Origin: Candidatus Latescibacterota bacterium
Lineage (GTDB): Bacteria > Latescibacterota > UBA2968 > UBA8231
Length of the DNA stretch: 64,000 bases
NCBI GenBank assembly: GCA_965217585.1
Contig: OZ244561.1
Location: 4,512,001-4,576,000 of the forward strand
Reading direction: 5' to 3'
Both the position numbers and the translations under genes were made by a program. Every line of letters starts with the position of its first letter. The first letter of the stretch is position 1. Shown here piece after piece: positions 46,996 to 56,575 of this stretch. Under the pieces are notes generated by a model. The model did no database searches, was not told where the DNA came from, and saw nothing but the letters and a program-made list of their open reading frames with translations.

Positions 46996-47959
46996 TTTGC
47001 AAAATCCGCGCCAAGTGATCGGCGGGCGCGTTTCCGCCGCTGATGATGCCAACTACTTTCTTGCCGGCCAAGGAATCGCGAATCTTCAAGGCCGCGGCTA
47101 ATGATGCGGCTCCGGCTCCTTCGGCCACCAGCTTGGCCTCCCGCGCCAATAGGCCAATAGCCGCGTCGATCTCCTCGTCGGAGACGAGTTCAAAGCGATC
47201 TACGAGTTCCCACATCATGCGCGTGGTCGTCTCAAAGGGTACGCGCGTGGCTAGCCCCTCGTGCCGCGTGGCCATAGGGGCCGCCACGTCGAGCTGCCGT
47301 TGCTGCCAGGCCCGGTGGCAGACGGGAGCGCTCTCGCTTTGCACGCCGATGATCTCGACGGCTGGGTTTAGGTGGCGCGCTACGAGCGCGATGCCGCAGA
47401 TGCCGCTGCCGCCGCCTACGGGCACGATCAGCGCGGCGACATCGGGCAGGTCGGCAAAAATCTCCAAGCCCATGGTGCCCACGCCGGCGATTAGATGCGG
47501 TTCGTTAGCCGAATGCACGTAGCGGTAGCCCTCGCCCCGTGCCACGCGCTCGACTTCCTCTCTCGCCTCGTCGAAGTCGCGGCCGAAGAGCCGGACTTCG
47601 GCACCGAGGGCGCGCATGGCCGCGACTTTGGCCGGGTTGCTGGCACGTTCCGGCCCGTAGATAACCACCGGCACGCCAAAGATCCTGCCGGCGTAGGCTA
47701 GCGACTGGCCGTGATTGCCAGTGCTGGCGCTGATGACGCCTCGCTGTCGCTCCGAGGCGTCTAAACGCCCGAGCAGATTGACGCCGCCGCGGACCTTAAA
47801 GGCCCCGGTAGGCTGCAAGTTTTCGCACTTGGCATAGTACTGGCAGCCCAGCAGTTGCGACAACTTCCAGCAATGGACCAGCGGCGTCGGCGCAAGATGC
47901 GCTCCGACTAGGCCTTGTGCCGCTTCTACGTCGGCGAACGTAGGTAGATTTGCAGTCAT
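46988..47959 (-). CDS. Threonine/serine dehydratase (serine racemase-like) PLP enzyme
   Basis: KCENLQPTGAFKVRG, STGNHG, PVGGGSG, IISGGN. Confidence 0.9.
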   Translation of the reverse strand: MTANLPTFADVEAAQGLVGAHLAPTPLVHCWKLSQLLGCQYYAKCENLQPTGAFKVRGGVNLLGRLDASERQRGVISASTGNHGQSLAYAGRIFGVPVVIYGPERASNPAKVAAMRALGAEVRLFGRDFDEAREEVERVARGEGYRYVHSANEPHLIAGVGTMGLEIFADLPDVAALIVPVGGGSGICGIALVARHLNPAVEIIGVQSESAPVCHRAWQQRQLDVAAPMATRHEGLATRVPFETTTRMMWELVDRFELVSDEEIDAAIGLLAREAKLVAEGAGAASLAAALKIRDSLAGKKVVGIISGGNAPADHLARILQNG

Positions 47960-48102
47960 AATCGCTCCTAGGGTAAAAAAACCTAGCCCGCAAGCTGCAC
48001 TGTAGCAAGTAGAGGCCGCCCTATGCAGGCATAGCAACTAGTTGCCCTAATCCTGCTCTCTTGCTATGCTCCCCACACTTGCTACGAAGGGAGGGGTAGC
48101 GC

Positions 48103-48951
48103 GTGAGCACCGAAGTTTGGGGGCTGGTATTGACGGCGGCAGTCGGGCACGCCTTGTGGAACTTCGCCGCCCGCAAAGCCGCTGGCGATGCGGCAGTAAT
48201 TTGGCTCTCCGTAGCTGTTGGTACGCTAGTCGCTGTCCTGCTTTGCGCGTACACTTGGTGGCAGGGCGCACCGCCGACTCTGTCGTGGCCAGGCGGCCTT
48301 TGCCTCGTGGCCACGGGCATTATTCACGGGCTGTACTTCGCCCTGCTGGCCGAGGCTTACGAGCACGGCGAAATCTCCCTCGTCTATCCGGTCGCACGTG
48401 GGTCGGGCGTGGGGCTAACGGCCCTAGCTGCGTGGCTGGTCTTGGGCGAAGACATTTCGCTGTTGGGTGCCAGCGGCATCGCCTTGGTCTTGGCGGGGAT
48501 TTTCTGCTTGGGTGCCCCAGCCCTCAAGCACCAGACACGCGGCTTGCAGCTCGCCTTGGGCGTGGGGCTGACGATTACCTGCTACTCGCTGGTGGATAAA
48601 ATAGGCGTCGGCTACGTGCAACCGCTCCACTATATCACCGGCATGTGGCTGATCAGCACCCTCGTGTGCTCGCCTTGGGTCGTGCGCCGGTACGGGGCAG
48701 GGTTGCTGACGACAGCCCGCGTCCGTTGGCAGACTATCGCCTTGATCGGCGTCGCCTCGCTGGGCACTTATTTCCTGATTCTCTACGCCTACACCCAAGG
48801 CCCAGTTGGCTACATCGTCGCTGTGCGCGAGTCCTCGGTAGTACTCGGGGCACTCCTTGGTTGGTGCTTTCTGCAAGAACGGCTCACTCTGCTCAAGGCG
48901 ACCGGCATCCTCGCCATCGTCGGGGGTTTGGTGCTTATTAAGGCCAGTTGA
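48103..48951 (+). CDS. EamA/DMT family transporter
   Basis: HALWN, SLVYPVARG, VRESSVV; about 10 TM. Confidence 0.88.
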   Translation: MSTEVWGLVLTAAVGHALWNFAARKAAGDAAVIWLSVAVGTLVAVLLCAYTWWQGAPPTLSWPGGLCLVATGIIHGLYFALLAEAYEHGEISLVYPVARGSGVGLTALAAWLVLGEDISLLGASGIALVLAGIFCLGAPALKHQTRGLQLALGVGLTITCYSLVDKIGVGYVQPLHYITGMWLISTLVCSPWVVRRYGAGLLTTARVRWQTIALIGVASLGTYFLILYAYTQGPVGYIVAVRESSVVLGALLGWCFLQERLTLLKATGILAIVGGLVLIKAS

Positions 48952-48952
48952 C

Positions 48953-49525
48953 ATGGAACCACGCATCTTCCCCATCTACCCGCCGTCTGCCGCCCTGTTC
49001 GGCAAAGTGCTGGCCGCATCTTTTGCTGTGATTACCGCCTTTTTCGCCGTGCTGACCCTCGCGCTCTACGCGGCCATTGACCCGGACGGCCCGGTCGCCC
49101 GCATCGCCGCGCCCGTGGCCTTGGGTTCGTCTTGTGTGCTGATGCTGTTCATATTTTTTTCGGTTTTCACTTGGTTTTACTTGAGCGCCCGCCGCACGGA
49201 TTTCGTCTTGCTAGAGGGGCATCTGCTCATCCGCAACAGCGCCCACGGCAAGCACTTCACCTATGACGAGCTAAAGGTGGAGGAGGCCCGCGTCGTCGAT
49301 TTGCCGGCCGCGCCCCAATACCGGCCCGGGGGCAAAATTTTTGCCATCAGCGCGTTCTTTTTTTACGGCGGGGCGTTTTATCTGCGCAGCGGGGAGAAGG
49401 CGCACGTGTTCTACACGGGTGCGCCGCGCGCTGTGTACATTCCAACGCACGGCCCCCATGCCCTCTTGCTCGGCCCGGTCGATCCAGCCGTCTTTTTGCA
49501 CGCTTTGCGAGAAGCGGTGCAGTAG
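48953..49525 (+). CDS. Membrane protein with bacterial PH-like domain
   Basis: Two N-terminal TM helices; GAFYLRSGEKA..VYIPT..LLLGP pattern. Confidence 0.6.
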   Translation: MEPRIFPIYPPSAALFGKVLAASFAVITAFFAVLTLALYAAIDPDGPVARIAAPVALGSSCVLMLFIFFSVFTWFYLSARRTDFVLLEGHLLIRNSAHGKHFTYDELKVEEARVVDLPAAPQYRPGGKIFAISAFFFYGGAFYLRSGEKAHVFYTGAPRAVYIPTHGPHALLLGPVDPAVFLHALREAVQ

Positions 49526-49549
49526 GGGCGACCGGCCGGTCGCCCCTAC
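49522..49549. repeat. GTAG-type REP palindrome
   Basis: GTAGGGGCGACCGGCCGGTCGCCCCTAC, perfect palindrome. Confidence 0.8.
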
Positions 49550-49577
49550 CTTCTAACACCTTTTGGAGGAGATTTTC

Positions 49578-50588
49578 ATGGCCTATCACGTATATGTTTC
49601 AAACTCGGGTAGCAACTTTTTATCGCATTTCCTGATGGACGAAGACACCGGCGCGTTAGAGCCGCAGCCCAATGTCGAGTTGGAGGACTCCCCTGGGGCG
49701 GTGGCCACGCGCCCAGACGGGACCCAGATGTTCGTGGCCCTGCGCTCGGCCCAAAAACTGGCTAGCTATGCGGTCGATGGGGAGAAGGGGACGCTGGTCA
49801 AGCTGGCGGAGACGAGCCTAGAAGAAGGCCCGCCCTATCTGTTTTTGGACAACACCGGTGCCTTTTTGTTGTCGTCCTATTATGGGTCAGGTCAGGTCGC
49901 CGTGCACGGCGTGGCTGTGGACGGCGCACTCTCGGCCGAGCCGCTGCAAACGATCCCCACCGCAGTACGCGCCCACAGCATCCAAACCGACCGTGCGAAC
50001 CGCTTTGCCTTTGTGCCGCACACCAACCCAGCCAACGCGATATTTCAGTTTCGCTTTGACGAGCAAACCGGGCAGCTGACGCCCAACGACCCGCCCAAGA
50101 TAGAACCGGCCACGCCCGAAGGCCCGCGCCACTTTGCCTTCCACCCGACTCGCGACCTGCTCTATTCGATCAACGAAAACGGCAGCACGGCTTCGGCTCA
50201 CCACTTCGACCCGGAGGCCGGGACGCTGTCGTCGTTTCAGGTTATCTCGACCTTGCCGGAGGGGTTTGCCCGCGATGACAACACGACAGCCGAAATAAAG
50301 ATCACGCCCGACGGCCAGTTTCTCTACGGGTCCAACCGCGGCCACGATTCCTTGGCCCTCTTTGCCATTGGCGACGATGGGCGGCTGACGGCCAAAGGGC
50401 ACTACCCGACTGAGGCCACACCTCGCTTTTTCGAGCTGGATCCGAGTGGCCGCTTTGTCTGTTCGGCTGGTCAGGGATCGGGACGGATGACCTCGTACCG
50501 CATTGACGCCACTACTGGTGCGCTGACGCCCTTGGAGCAACACGAAGTAGGGGATAGCCCGCTGTGGATCACCTTCGTCAAACGGTAG
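49578..50588 (+). CDS. pgl: 6-phosphogluconolactonase-like beta-propeller
   Basis: RAHSIQTD, GPRHFAFHP, LYGSNRGHDS, TPRFF. Confidence 0.85.
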   Translation: MAYHVYVSNSGSNFLSHFLMDEDTGALEPQPNVELEDSPGAVATRPDGTQMFVALRSAQKLASYAVDGEKGTLVKLAETSLEEGPPYLFLDNTGAFLLSSYYGSGQVAVHGVAVDGALSAEPLQTIPTAVRAHSIQTDRANRFAFVPHTNPANAIFQFRFDEQTGQLTPNDPPKIEPATPEGPRHFAFHPTRDLLYSINENGSTASAHHFDPEAGTLSSFQVISTLPEGFARDDNTTAEIKITPDGQFLYGSNRGHDSLALFAIGDDGRLTAKGHYPTEATPRFFELDPSGRFVCSAGQGSGRMTSYRIDATTGALTPLEQHEVGDSPLWITFVKR

Positions 50589-50636
50589 AGGCGGTTGCGA
50601 AATAGGTAGGGGCGGTTTGCGAACCGCCCCTACCTA
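50585..50636. repeat. GTAG-type REP palindrome with a preceding degenerate half copy
   Basis: GTAGGGGCGGTT-TGCG-AACCGCCCCTAC at 50606-50633; GTAGAGGCGGTTGCGAA at 50585-50601. Confidence 0.75.
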
Positions 50637-50796
50637 GCCGATTCTGACGCACTGCGACAATTCTGACGCTTGTCGTGGTTCCGGTGGTTTACTCATTGGT
50701 GTGTGGTCGGGTGCGGCCGTAAGATGGGCGCGGATTCCGAAAGATAGATTAGGGTACTGAGCCATCAATGCTTGCGAGCCGTCCAAGCAATGTTAT

Positions 50797-50810
50797 CTTT
50801 ACTAGTAAAG
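50797..50810. promoter_or_regulatory. Palindromic operator candidate for TA autoregulation
   Basis: CTTTACTAGTAAAG perfect 14-bp palindrome about 50 bp upstream of the antitoxin; second GTAAAGA..TCTTTAC pair follows. Confidence 0.5.
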
Positions 50811-50858
50811 AATGTAAAGACCTTTGCTTTCTTTACCTCTACCCAAGCCAATCCACTT

Positions 50859-51080
50859 ATGGACCCGATCAGAATTAGCACGATCTCATCCAAAGGCCAG
50901 ACCACGGTGCCCGTGGCCATTCGCCGTTCGCTGGATCTACATCCGGGAGACGCCATCGCCTATCGAGTAGAAGGCGATAAGGTCAGCATCCACAAAGCCG
51001 CAAAAATCGACTTAGAGTGGGTCAAGGCTCTCGAACAAACCCTGGCGGAGTGGCAGGACGAGGAAGACGATGATCTGTAG
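50859..51080 (+). CDS. AbrB/MazE/SpoVT family antitoxin
   Basis: STISSKGQTTVPVAIRRSLDLHPGD; acidic tail. Confidence 0.85.
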   Translation: MDPIRISTISSKGQTTVPVAIRRSLDLHPGDAIAYRVEGDKVSIHKAAKIDLEWVKALEQTLAEWQDEEDDDL

Positions 51081-51405
51081 CCGCTTTGACATCGTTGATG
51101 TGCCTTTCCCGTTCAGCGATGTGCCCTACGCCAAACGCCGCAAGGCCCTGGTACTGTCCGACGCTGTTTTTAACCAGAAAAACGCCTCCAGCCTGCTTAT
51201 GATGATCACCAGCGCCGCCCGCAGTGCTTGGCATCTCGATGTGTCGCTCGAGCAGTGGAGCCAAGCCGGCTTGCGCAAACCCTGTCTCGCCCGGATGAAG
51301 CTGTTCACGTTGGACAACGGACTCATCCTCGGTACGGTGGGGCGCTTGACAGCGGAAGACCAGCAGAGGGTAACTCAGGCACTGCGAGCGGCACTGCCCT
51401 GCTGA
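51070..51405 (+). CDS. PemK/MazF family toxin
   Basis: FDIVDVPFPFSD..KRRKALVLS, MITS, GLRKPC. Confidence 0.88.
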   Translation: MICSRFDIVDVPFPFSDVPYAKRRKALVLSDAVFNQKNASSLLMMITSAARSAWHLDVSLEQWSQAGLRKPCLARMKLFTLDNGLILGTVGRLTAEDQQRVTQALRAALPC

Positions 51406-51540
51406 CTTAGACCCCAGACCACCCAACCGCAGCGCCTTTTGCGGATTCGTTAATCCTTTACGCCGGGTTCCAGCACCAATCCCATCTCGTGTCAGACGGC
51501 TGTCCGCACCGATGCTCACCCGGTGCCAGCCGGTCGGAGA

Positions 51541-52035
51541 TTATTGGTCCGCTAAAGGGCCGAGCAATTCGTCTAGTTTGGCCTTGAGCTTTTTTTCGTC
51601 TCCGGGCCGATACCCTTGGTGCTTGTACCACACCGTCCCGTCGGCTGCAATAATCAGGGTCGCCGGGACGCCCGCTAGGTGGAACTGCTTGAGCACCTCG
51701 TTGGTCTTGTCGAGCAAGACCGGCAACTTGAGCTTGTGGCGCTGCATAAAGGGCCGCACTTTGGGCAGGTTTCTGGGGCCATCGACATTGATCGTCAGTA
51801 CTTGGACGCCGCGCTTGGCGTATTCTTCAGAGAGGGATTGGAGCTTGGGCAGGCTCTTGATACAGGGCTTGCACCAAGTCGCCCAGAAGTCGAAGACCAC
51901 CGGCCCTTTTTTGAGCGCCTCCACCAGCGAGAAGGTCGATCCGTCGAGATTTTCCAACACGAGTTGCGGTGCCTTTTCGGCGCGAGCCGAGCCGCTGAGT
52001 AGCAAGCAGGTTGTCAATGCGAAAATTGGTTTCAT
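51541..52035 (-). CDS. Exported TlpA/ResA-like thiol-disulfide oxidoreductase
   Basis: Signal peptide; DFWATWCKPC; cis-Pro GVP. Confidence 0.9.
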   Translation of the reverse strand: MKPIFALTTCLLLSGSARAEKAPQLVLENLDGSTFSLVEALKKGPVVFDFWATWCKPCIKSLPKLQSLSEEYAKRGVQVLTINVDGPRNLPKVRPFMQRHKLKLPVLLDKTNEVLKQFHLAGVPATLIIAADGTVWYKHQGYRPGDEKKLKAKLDELLGPLADQ

Positions 52036-52080
52036 TTTAAGGCTCCGTTCCTATAGCAATCCTCAATCATTCACAAGATG

Positions 52081-52109
52081 ATCCGCAGATGGACGCAGAT
52101 GGACGCAGA
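52081..52109 (+). repeat. Short tandem 10-mer repeat (CGCAGATG(A/G)A)n, copy 1
   Basis: ATCCGCAGATGGACGCAGATGGACGCAGA; related copies at 53708 and 56576. Confidence 0.8.
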
Positions 52110-52184
52110 ATAGTATTCACAAGACGATCCACCTATCGAATCGTTCAAGTCATTCAGGACTGCTATATCTATAGGATTCAAATC

Positions 52185-53708
52185 ATGCGCTCAGTTTTTG
52201 CATTTGTACTGCTGCTGGCAGCCCCCCTCCAAGCCGAGTTTAGACTTTCGACCCTGACCGAAGCCCAAGTCGGCAATCTGCCCGGCGCGCAGCCCAGCGA
52301 TTTGCGGACGATCTACCATCAGTTCAGCCTCGACTATGCAGTCGCCGACCTCCAGTTCGGGGTTCGCGGCGAGACCTTCGGCGCTAGCGCCTCCAGCCGC
52401 AACTACGGCGAGCTTCTCCAGCGCTCCGCTGTCTATCGCCGGAGTGGCTTTGAGGCCACTATTGGCAATTTCTACACCATCGTCGGCAGCGGCCTGCTCC
52501 TCCACGCCTTTGAACTGCCCGGCGTCATCACCGAGGAGCGGGGTGCTCGCCGCCGCTACCAGATCGTGCGCGATCTCGACGGCGTTCAGGCGCGCTATCG
52601 CGCCAAGCGGGCCGAAGTGTTGCTGTTGCGCGGCGCGCCGGTCAACAGCACGCTGCCGCCTGGCTTGGAGGGGGTTGAGCGCCGCCCGGACGCGCTCCAC
52701 GCCGGCTCGCTCCAGCTCAAGCCGCACCCGCATTTTGACGTTGGTTTTAGCGCCATCCGCTACGCAATCGGCAGGGGACAGGAAACGAGCGCGGCCTTCA
52801 ATGCCCGCTGGCGACTCGCGTCTGTGCTGGCTCGTCTCGGCCTCACCGGAGTGTATGCCGATGTCCAAGGCGAGTACGCCCAGCGCGATGTGGCGCTCAA
52901 GCGCTTCTTTTCGCTCGACCGCAGTTTGGGCCGCGCCCTGTATCTGGCGGCCACCTTGGCGTCCGGGCCGTGGGGATTGAGCTTGGAATACAAAGACTAC
53001 CAAGATTTCGCCCTCGAACACATCAACAATCCGCCGCCCCTGATCCGCGAACACTCGGCCTATCTCCTCAACCGCATCACGCACGATGTGCTCGCCGATG
53101 ACGAGCAGGGCTACCAAGCTGAACTGAGTTATGTACTACCCAGCGGTCAGACCCTCACTGCCAATGCGACTCGCGCCACGCGCCGCCGCGATCCAGGCTC
53201 AGCCGACGACAACGCCCTGCGCGAATTCTTTGTGGAGCTGGAATCGCCCTTGGGCCAACGCGCCGATGTGCAGCTTTTTGCCGACTTCAGTCACAACCAG
53301 ATTCTCCTCGACGACAAAAGCCGTCTCTTGGGCACGCGCTGGGCGTGGTCTCCAGACGGGTTCTACACCTTTGAACTCGACGCCCAATTCCAAGACGTCG
53401 ATCGGCGGTTTGGCACCCTAGCGCTTCCTTACACCAATCACTACTATGCTCTAGCAGTCCACCGCGCCCCCAGCCTCTCCGCCGCCGTGCAGATTCAGCG
53501 CACCTCCGACAAATTGGAAACCGGGGCCGATCCCTCCGGCATCACTTGGTGGCGGGGCCTCAACATCGGTGCCGACATTGGCGAGGGCCACATCATCAAT
53601 GTTTTCGCCGGCCAGCGCCGCTCGGGCTTGGCCTGCACGGCCGGCATCTGCTATGAGGTGTTAGGGTTTAAGGGCGTTGAAGTCCGGCTGCTCAACCGCT
53701 TCTTCTGA
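52185..53708 (+). CDS. Outer-membrane beta-barrel, DUF6029-like
   Basis: Signal peptide; IGNFY..GSGLLL, EYKDY, C-terminal GLACTAGICYEV..FKG and terminal Phe. Confidence 0.7.
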   Translation: MRSVFAFVLLLAAPLQAEFRLSTLTEAQVGNLPGAQPSDLRTIYHQFSLDYAVADLQFGVRGETFGASASSRNYGELLQRSAVYRRSGFEATIGNFYTIVGSGLLLHAFELPGVITEERGARRRYQIVRDLDGVQARYRAKRAEVLLLRGAPVNSTLPPGLEGVERRPDALHAGSLQLKPHPHFDVGFSAIRYAIGRGQETSAAFNARWRLASVLARLGLTGVYADVQGEYAQRDVALKRFFSLDRSLGRALYLAATLASGPWGLSLEYKDYQDFALEHINNPPPLIREHSAYLLNRITHDVLADDEQGYQAELSYVLPSGQTLTANATRATRRRDPGSADDNALREFFVELESPLGQRADVQLFADFSHNQILLDDKSRLLGTRWAWSPDGFYTFELDAQFQDVDRRFGTLALPYTNHYYALAVHRAPSLSAAVQIQRTSDKLETGADPSGITWWRGLNIGADIGEGHIINVFAGQRRSGLACTAGICYEVLGFKGVEVRLLNRFF

Positions 53709-53738
53709 TCCGCAGATGAACGCAGATGAACGCAGATG
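53708..53738 (+). repeat. Tandem 10-mer repeat, copy 2
   Basis: ATCCGCAGATGAACGCAGATGAACGCAGATG between convergent genes. Confidence 0.8.
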
Positions 53739-53754
53739 TTGCTTGGATGTGCCC

Positions 53755-54597
53755 CTACCTAAGCAGCAGCAGCTTGCGGACCTCTGTGTACTCGTCGGCT
53801 CGCAACTGGTACAGATACACTCCGCTGGTCACCGCTTGCCCCGCTTGGTCGCGGCCGTCCCAGCGCACGGAGAACGTTCCGGCCACGCTCGGCCCTTGTA
53901 CAAGCACGGTCACCGGCTGGCCGAGCAGATTATAGATCGTCAGCTCGACTTGGCTCGGCTGCGGCAGCGCGAAGCGGATCACCGTATTGCTGTTGAACGG
54001 ATTGGGCGCGTTTTGCGCTAGGGCGAAGGCTTGGGGGACGGATGCCTGATCAGACGTTTCCACCGCCGTTTCCACCGTTTCCACTACTTCCTCCTCGATG
54101 GGAGGTAGATCGGCCAGCGCCAGCACCACCTCGTCGCGGAGTTCGCCCACGGGCATCAAGGATTTGGTCTTGAGGCGGAAGATGCCCTCGTGGTCAATGA
54201 TGGCAAAGGTCTGGTTCCCTTGCCCATACGCGATAGCCATCTGGCTGGCCTTCAGCAAGAGGGGCATCGTAACTCCCTTGCCTAATCGCCAGCGGGTGCG
54301 CAACTGTTCCGCGGTGCCGTCCCACACCTCGGCCCCCAGCGCGACAAAGCGCTCGTCGGCAAATTCCTGCCAGAGTTCTTCGAAGCTCTCGGCACGCGAG
54401 AGACAGGCCGGTCAGTTAAAGCCAAAAAAGAAAATCAGCACGACTTGGCCCTCGAAGTCGCTCAGGGCTGCTTGGCCGCCGTCGAGCCGGTCTAAGAGGA
54501 AATCGGGGGCCAGGTCTCCTTCTTGCGGCGCTTGGGCGTCTAGGGCAGAGGCCCCCAACACCGCTAAAGTTGTCAAATGCAACAAAGGTTTGTTCAT
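53755..54597 (-). CDS. Exported AhpC/TSA-like redoxin selenoprotein (UxxC) with FlgD/T9SS-like C-terminal domain, 280 aa
   Basis: ORFs 54412-54597 and 53755-54327 share a frame; single TGA at 54412-54414 gives FFFGFN-U-PAC; downstream hairpin; NAPNPFN tail. Confidence 0.82.
54386..54402 (-). promoter_or_regulatory. Candidate bacterial SECIS hairpin
   Basis: CUCUCG-CGUGC-CGAGAG starting after a 9-nt spacer from the UGA. Confidence 0.6.
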
Positions 54598-54608
54598 AAC
54601 CAGCCTCC

Positions 54609-55469
54609 TTAGTTTTGCCGCACGAACTTCTGAATGCGGTGGTCGGCCTGCACTTCACCCACGTAGAGGTCGCCTTTTGAGTTCATCCAGATGCCGTGGG
54701 GACAGCCGAGGAATTCCCCGAGTTGGTCGCTGCGCTCGCCCGATCCCCACTGAGCAAGCCATTCGCCGTCGAGGTTAAGAATGCTCACCCGCTGGTCGAG
54801 TTCCGCGACATAGACCGTATCTCCGTCGAGGAAGATCGTATCGGGATGGTGAAAGCCGCCCCATTCCTCTAGGTAATTGCCGTCGAGATCGAAGAACTGG
54901 ATGCGGTTGTTGGCGCGGTCGGCCACCATCAGCCGTCCGCGCTGGTCCACGCGCACGCAGTGGGGCAGATCGAACTCCCCTGGGCCGGTGCCGGGACGGC
55001 CCCACGTCTTGATGAATTCGCCGTCGGGTGAATACTTGTGGATGCAGGTGTTGCCGTAGCCGTCAGACACGTAGATACAGCCGTCGGCGTCGAGCGCCAA
55101 GTCGGTAGGCAACCGGAAGGGCTGGCCGTCCGCGCCCTCTTGGTCCGGCGTCCCCAAGGTCATCAGCAGTTCGCCGTCGCGGGTGAACTGGCGCACGCAG
55201 TGGGTTTCGCGCTCGACGCACCAGATTTGGTCGCGGTCGTCGATAAAGATGCCGTGGGCGTCCTTCAGTACCTCGTCGCCCCACGAGGCGATGAAGCGCC
55301 CCTCGCTGTCGAAGACGATCATGGGATGCTCGCTGCGGCTGTACACATAGACCCGATCTGCGGAATCGCAGGCTACGGCCGGAACCCAGCCAAAGCGCCA
55401 GCCGTCCGGCAACTCGAACCAATCTTGCTGCACTTCATAGGTGAATGCTCCGCTGCCTACTAAAGTCAT
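54609..55469 (-). CDS. NHL-repeat beta-propeller (peptidylamidoglycolate lyase-like)
   Basis: FRLPTDLA, YVSDGYGN, FDLPH, VADRANNRIQ. Confidence 0.85.
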   Translation of the reverse strand: MTLVGSGAFTYEVQQDWFELPDGWRFGWVPAVACDSADRVYVYSRSEHPMIVFDSEGRFIASWGDEVLKDAHGIFIDDRDQIWCVERETHCVRQFTRDGELLMTLGTPDQEGADGQPFRLPTDLALDADGCIYVSDGYGNTCIHKYSPDGEFIKTWGRPGTGPGEFDLPHCVRVDQRGRLMVADRANNRIQFFDLDGNYLEEWGGFHHPDTIFLDGDTVYVAELDQRVSILNLDGEWLAQWGSGERSDQLGEFLGCPHGIWMNSKGDLYVGEVQADHRIQKFVRQN

Positions 55470-55515
55470 GGGATGCTCCTCTTTGCAATGATCTTCGCGT
55501 TTCTCCGTAGATAAC

Positions 55516-56439
55516 TCAAATTCCCCGCAATCTCTCTATCTCGTCGGCGGGCAAAAGCTGTGCTCCGGCTGCAGCGTTGGCGCGGGCTTGGGCCGCCGAT
55601 TTGGCACCGGGGATGGCCACTGGCGCGGCTGGATGGGAGATGACGTACTGGAGGGCTTTTTCCACCATGGTCTCTCCGGGCGCGGCGACCTCGGCGAGGC
55701 GCTCGACTTGTGCTAGCTGAGCCTCGAATTTGGCGCGCTGTGGCTCGCCGGCGTTGAGGGGCTGCCGCACTTCGTCGGTAAAAACCGACTCTTTCGTGTA
55801 GCGCCCAGACAAAAGTCCCTTGGCCAGTGGCCCCCGCACCAGCACGGCAATGCCGTGCTCTTGGCAATAGGGTAAAAGCTCGGCTTCGGCCTGGAGGTTG
55901 ACCAGCGAATAGTCTATCTCCACCACCGAGCAGTCGCCTTGGGCGTTGAAGCGCTGGAGCACTTCTAGGCTGTCGGTCGAAATGCCGAAGGCCCGCAGCC
56001 GCCCTTCCTCGACGAGTGCAGCGAAAGCATCCAAGTAGATCGATGGATCGGCGATGTTGCCTTCGTGGCACAGCAGCACATCGTGCCAGTCCGTGCGCAG
56101 CCGGTGCAGAGAGGCGTGGGCGCACAGGCGGATCATATCGACCGTGGTTTTGGGCACGCCCTGCCCGGTGCGCGTCCCCCAATTGCCGATTTTGCTGACC
56201 ACAAAAACTTGGTGCCGGATGCCGGCCAAGGCGCGCCCCAACCGCTCCTCCGACAGCCCGTTGGGCGTGCCGTAGGACTCGGCTGCGTCGAAGAGATTGA
56301 CGCCGCAATCAAAGGCTGTGTTCACGGTGTCCCAAGCTGTGGCTTCGTCGATGGTTCCCCATTGGTTGCCAATGTTCCAAGTTCCCAAACCGATGGCCGA
56401 GACCGGCCAGCCGGTCCGGCCAAATGCTCTGTACAACAT
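55516..56439 (-). CDS. Aldo/keto reductase
   Basis: SAIGLGTW, FDAAESYG, SLHRLRTD, IPGAKS. Confidence 0.9.
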   Translation of the reverse strand: MLYRAFGRTGWPVSAIGLGTWNIGNQWGTIDEATAWDTVNTAFDCGVNLFDAAESYGTPNGLSEERLGRALAGIRHQVFVVSKIGNWGTRTGQGVPKTTVDMIRLCAHASLHRLRTDWHDVLLCHEGNIADPSIYLDAFAALVEEGRLRAFGISTDSLEVLQRFNAQGDCSVVEIDYSLVNLQAEAELLPYCQEHGIAVLVRGPLAKGLLSGRYTKESVFTDEVRQPLNAGEPQRAKFEAQLAQVERLAEVAAPGETMVEKALQYVISHPAAPVAIPGAKSAAQARANAAAGAQLLPADEIERLRGI

Positions 56440-56575
56440 GGGTGGTCTCCTTTCTGAGTTTCAAGGTAAGCCACCGCCTGCGCCGGTCAAGCGGTGCGCG
56501 TTGCTGGGGATAGCCGAGGTGCCTACTTTAGAAGCCGTCTGAAAACCCCTCGCGGCTGTCGTCCGGCGGCAAAGT

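Noticed and set aside
56534-56543. GCCGTCTGAA, identical to the Neisseria DNA uptake sequence
   Set aside because: Only one occurrence noticed; chance or an IS-end remnant is more likely.
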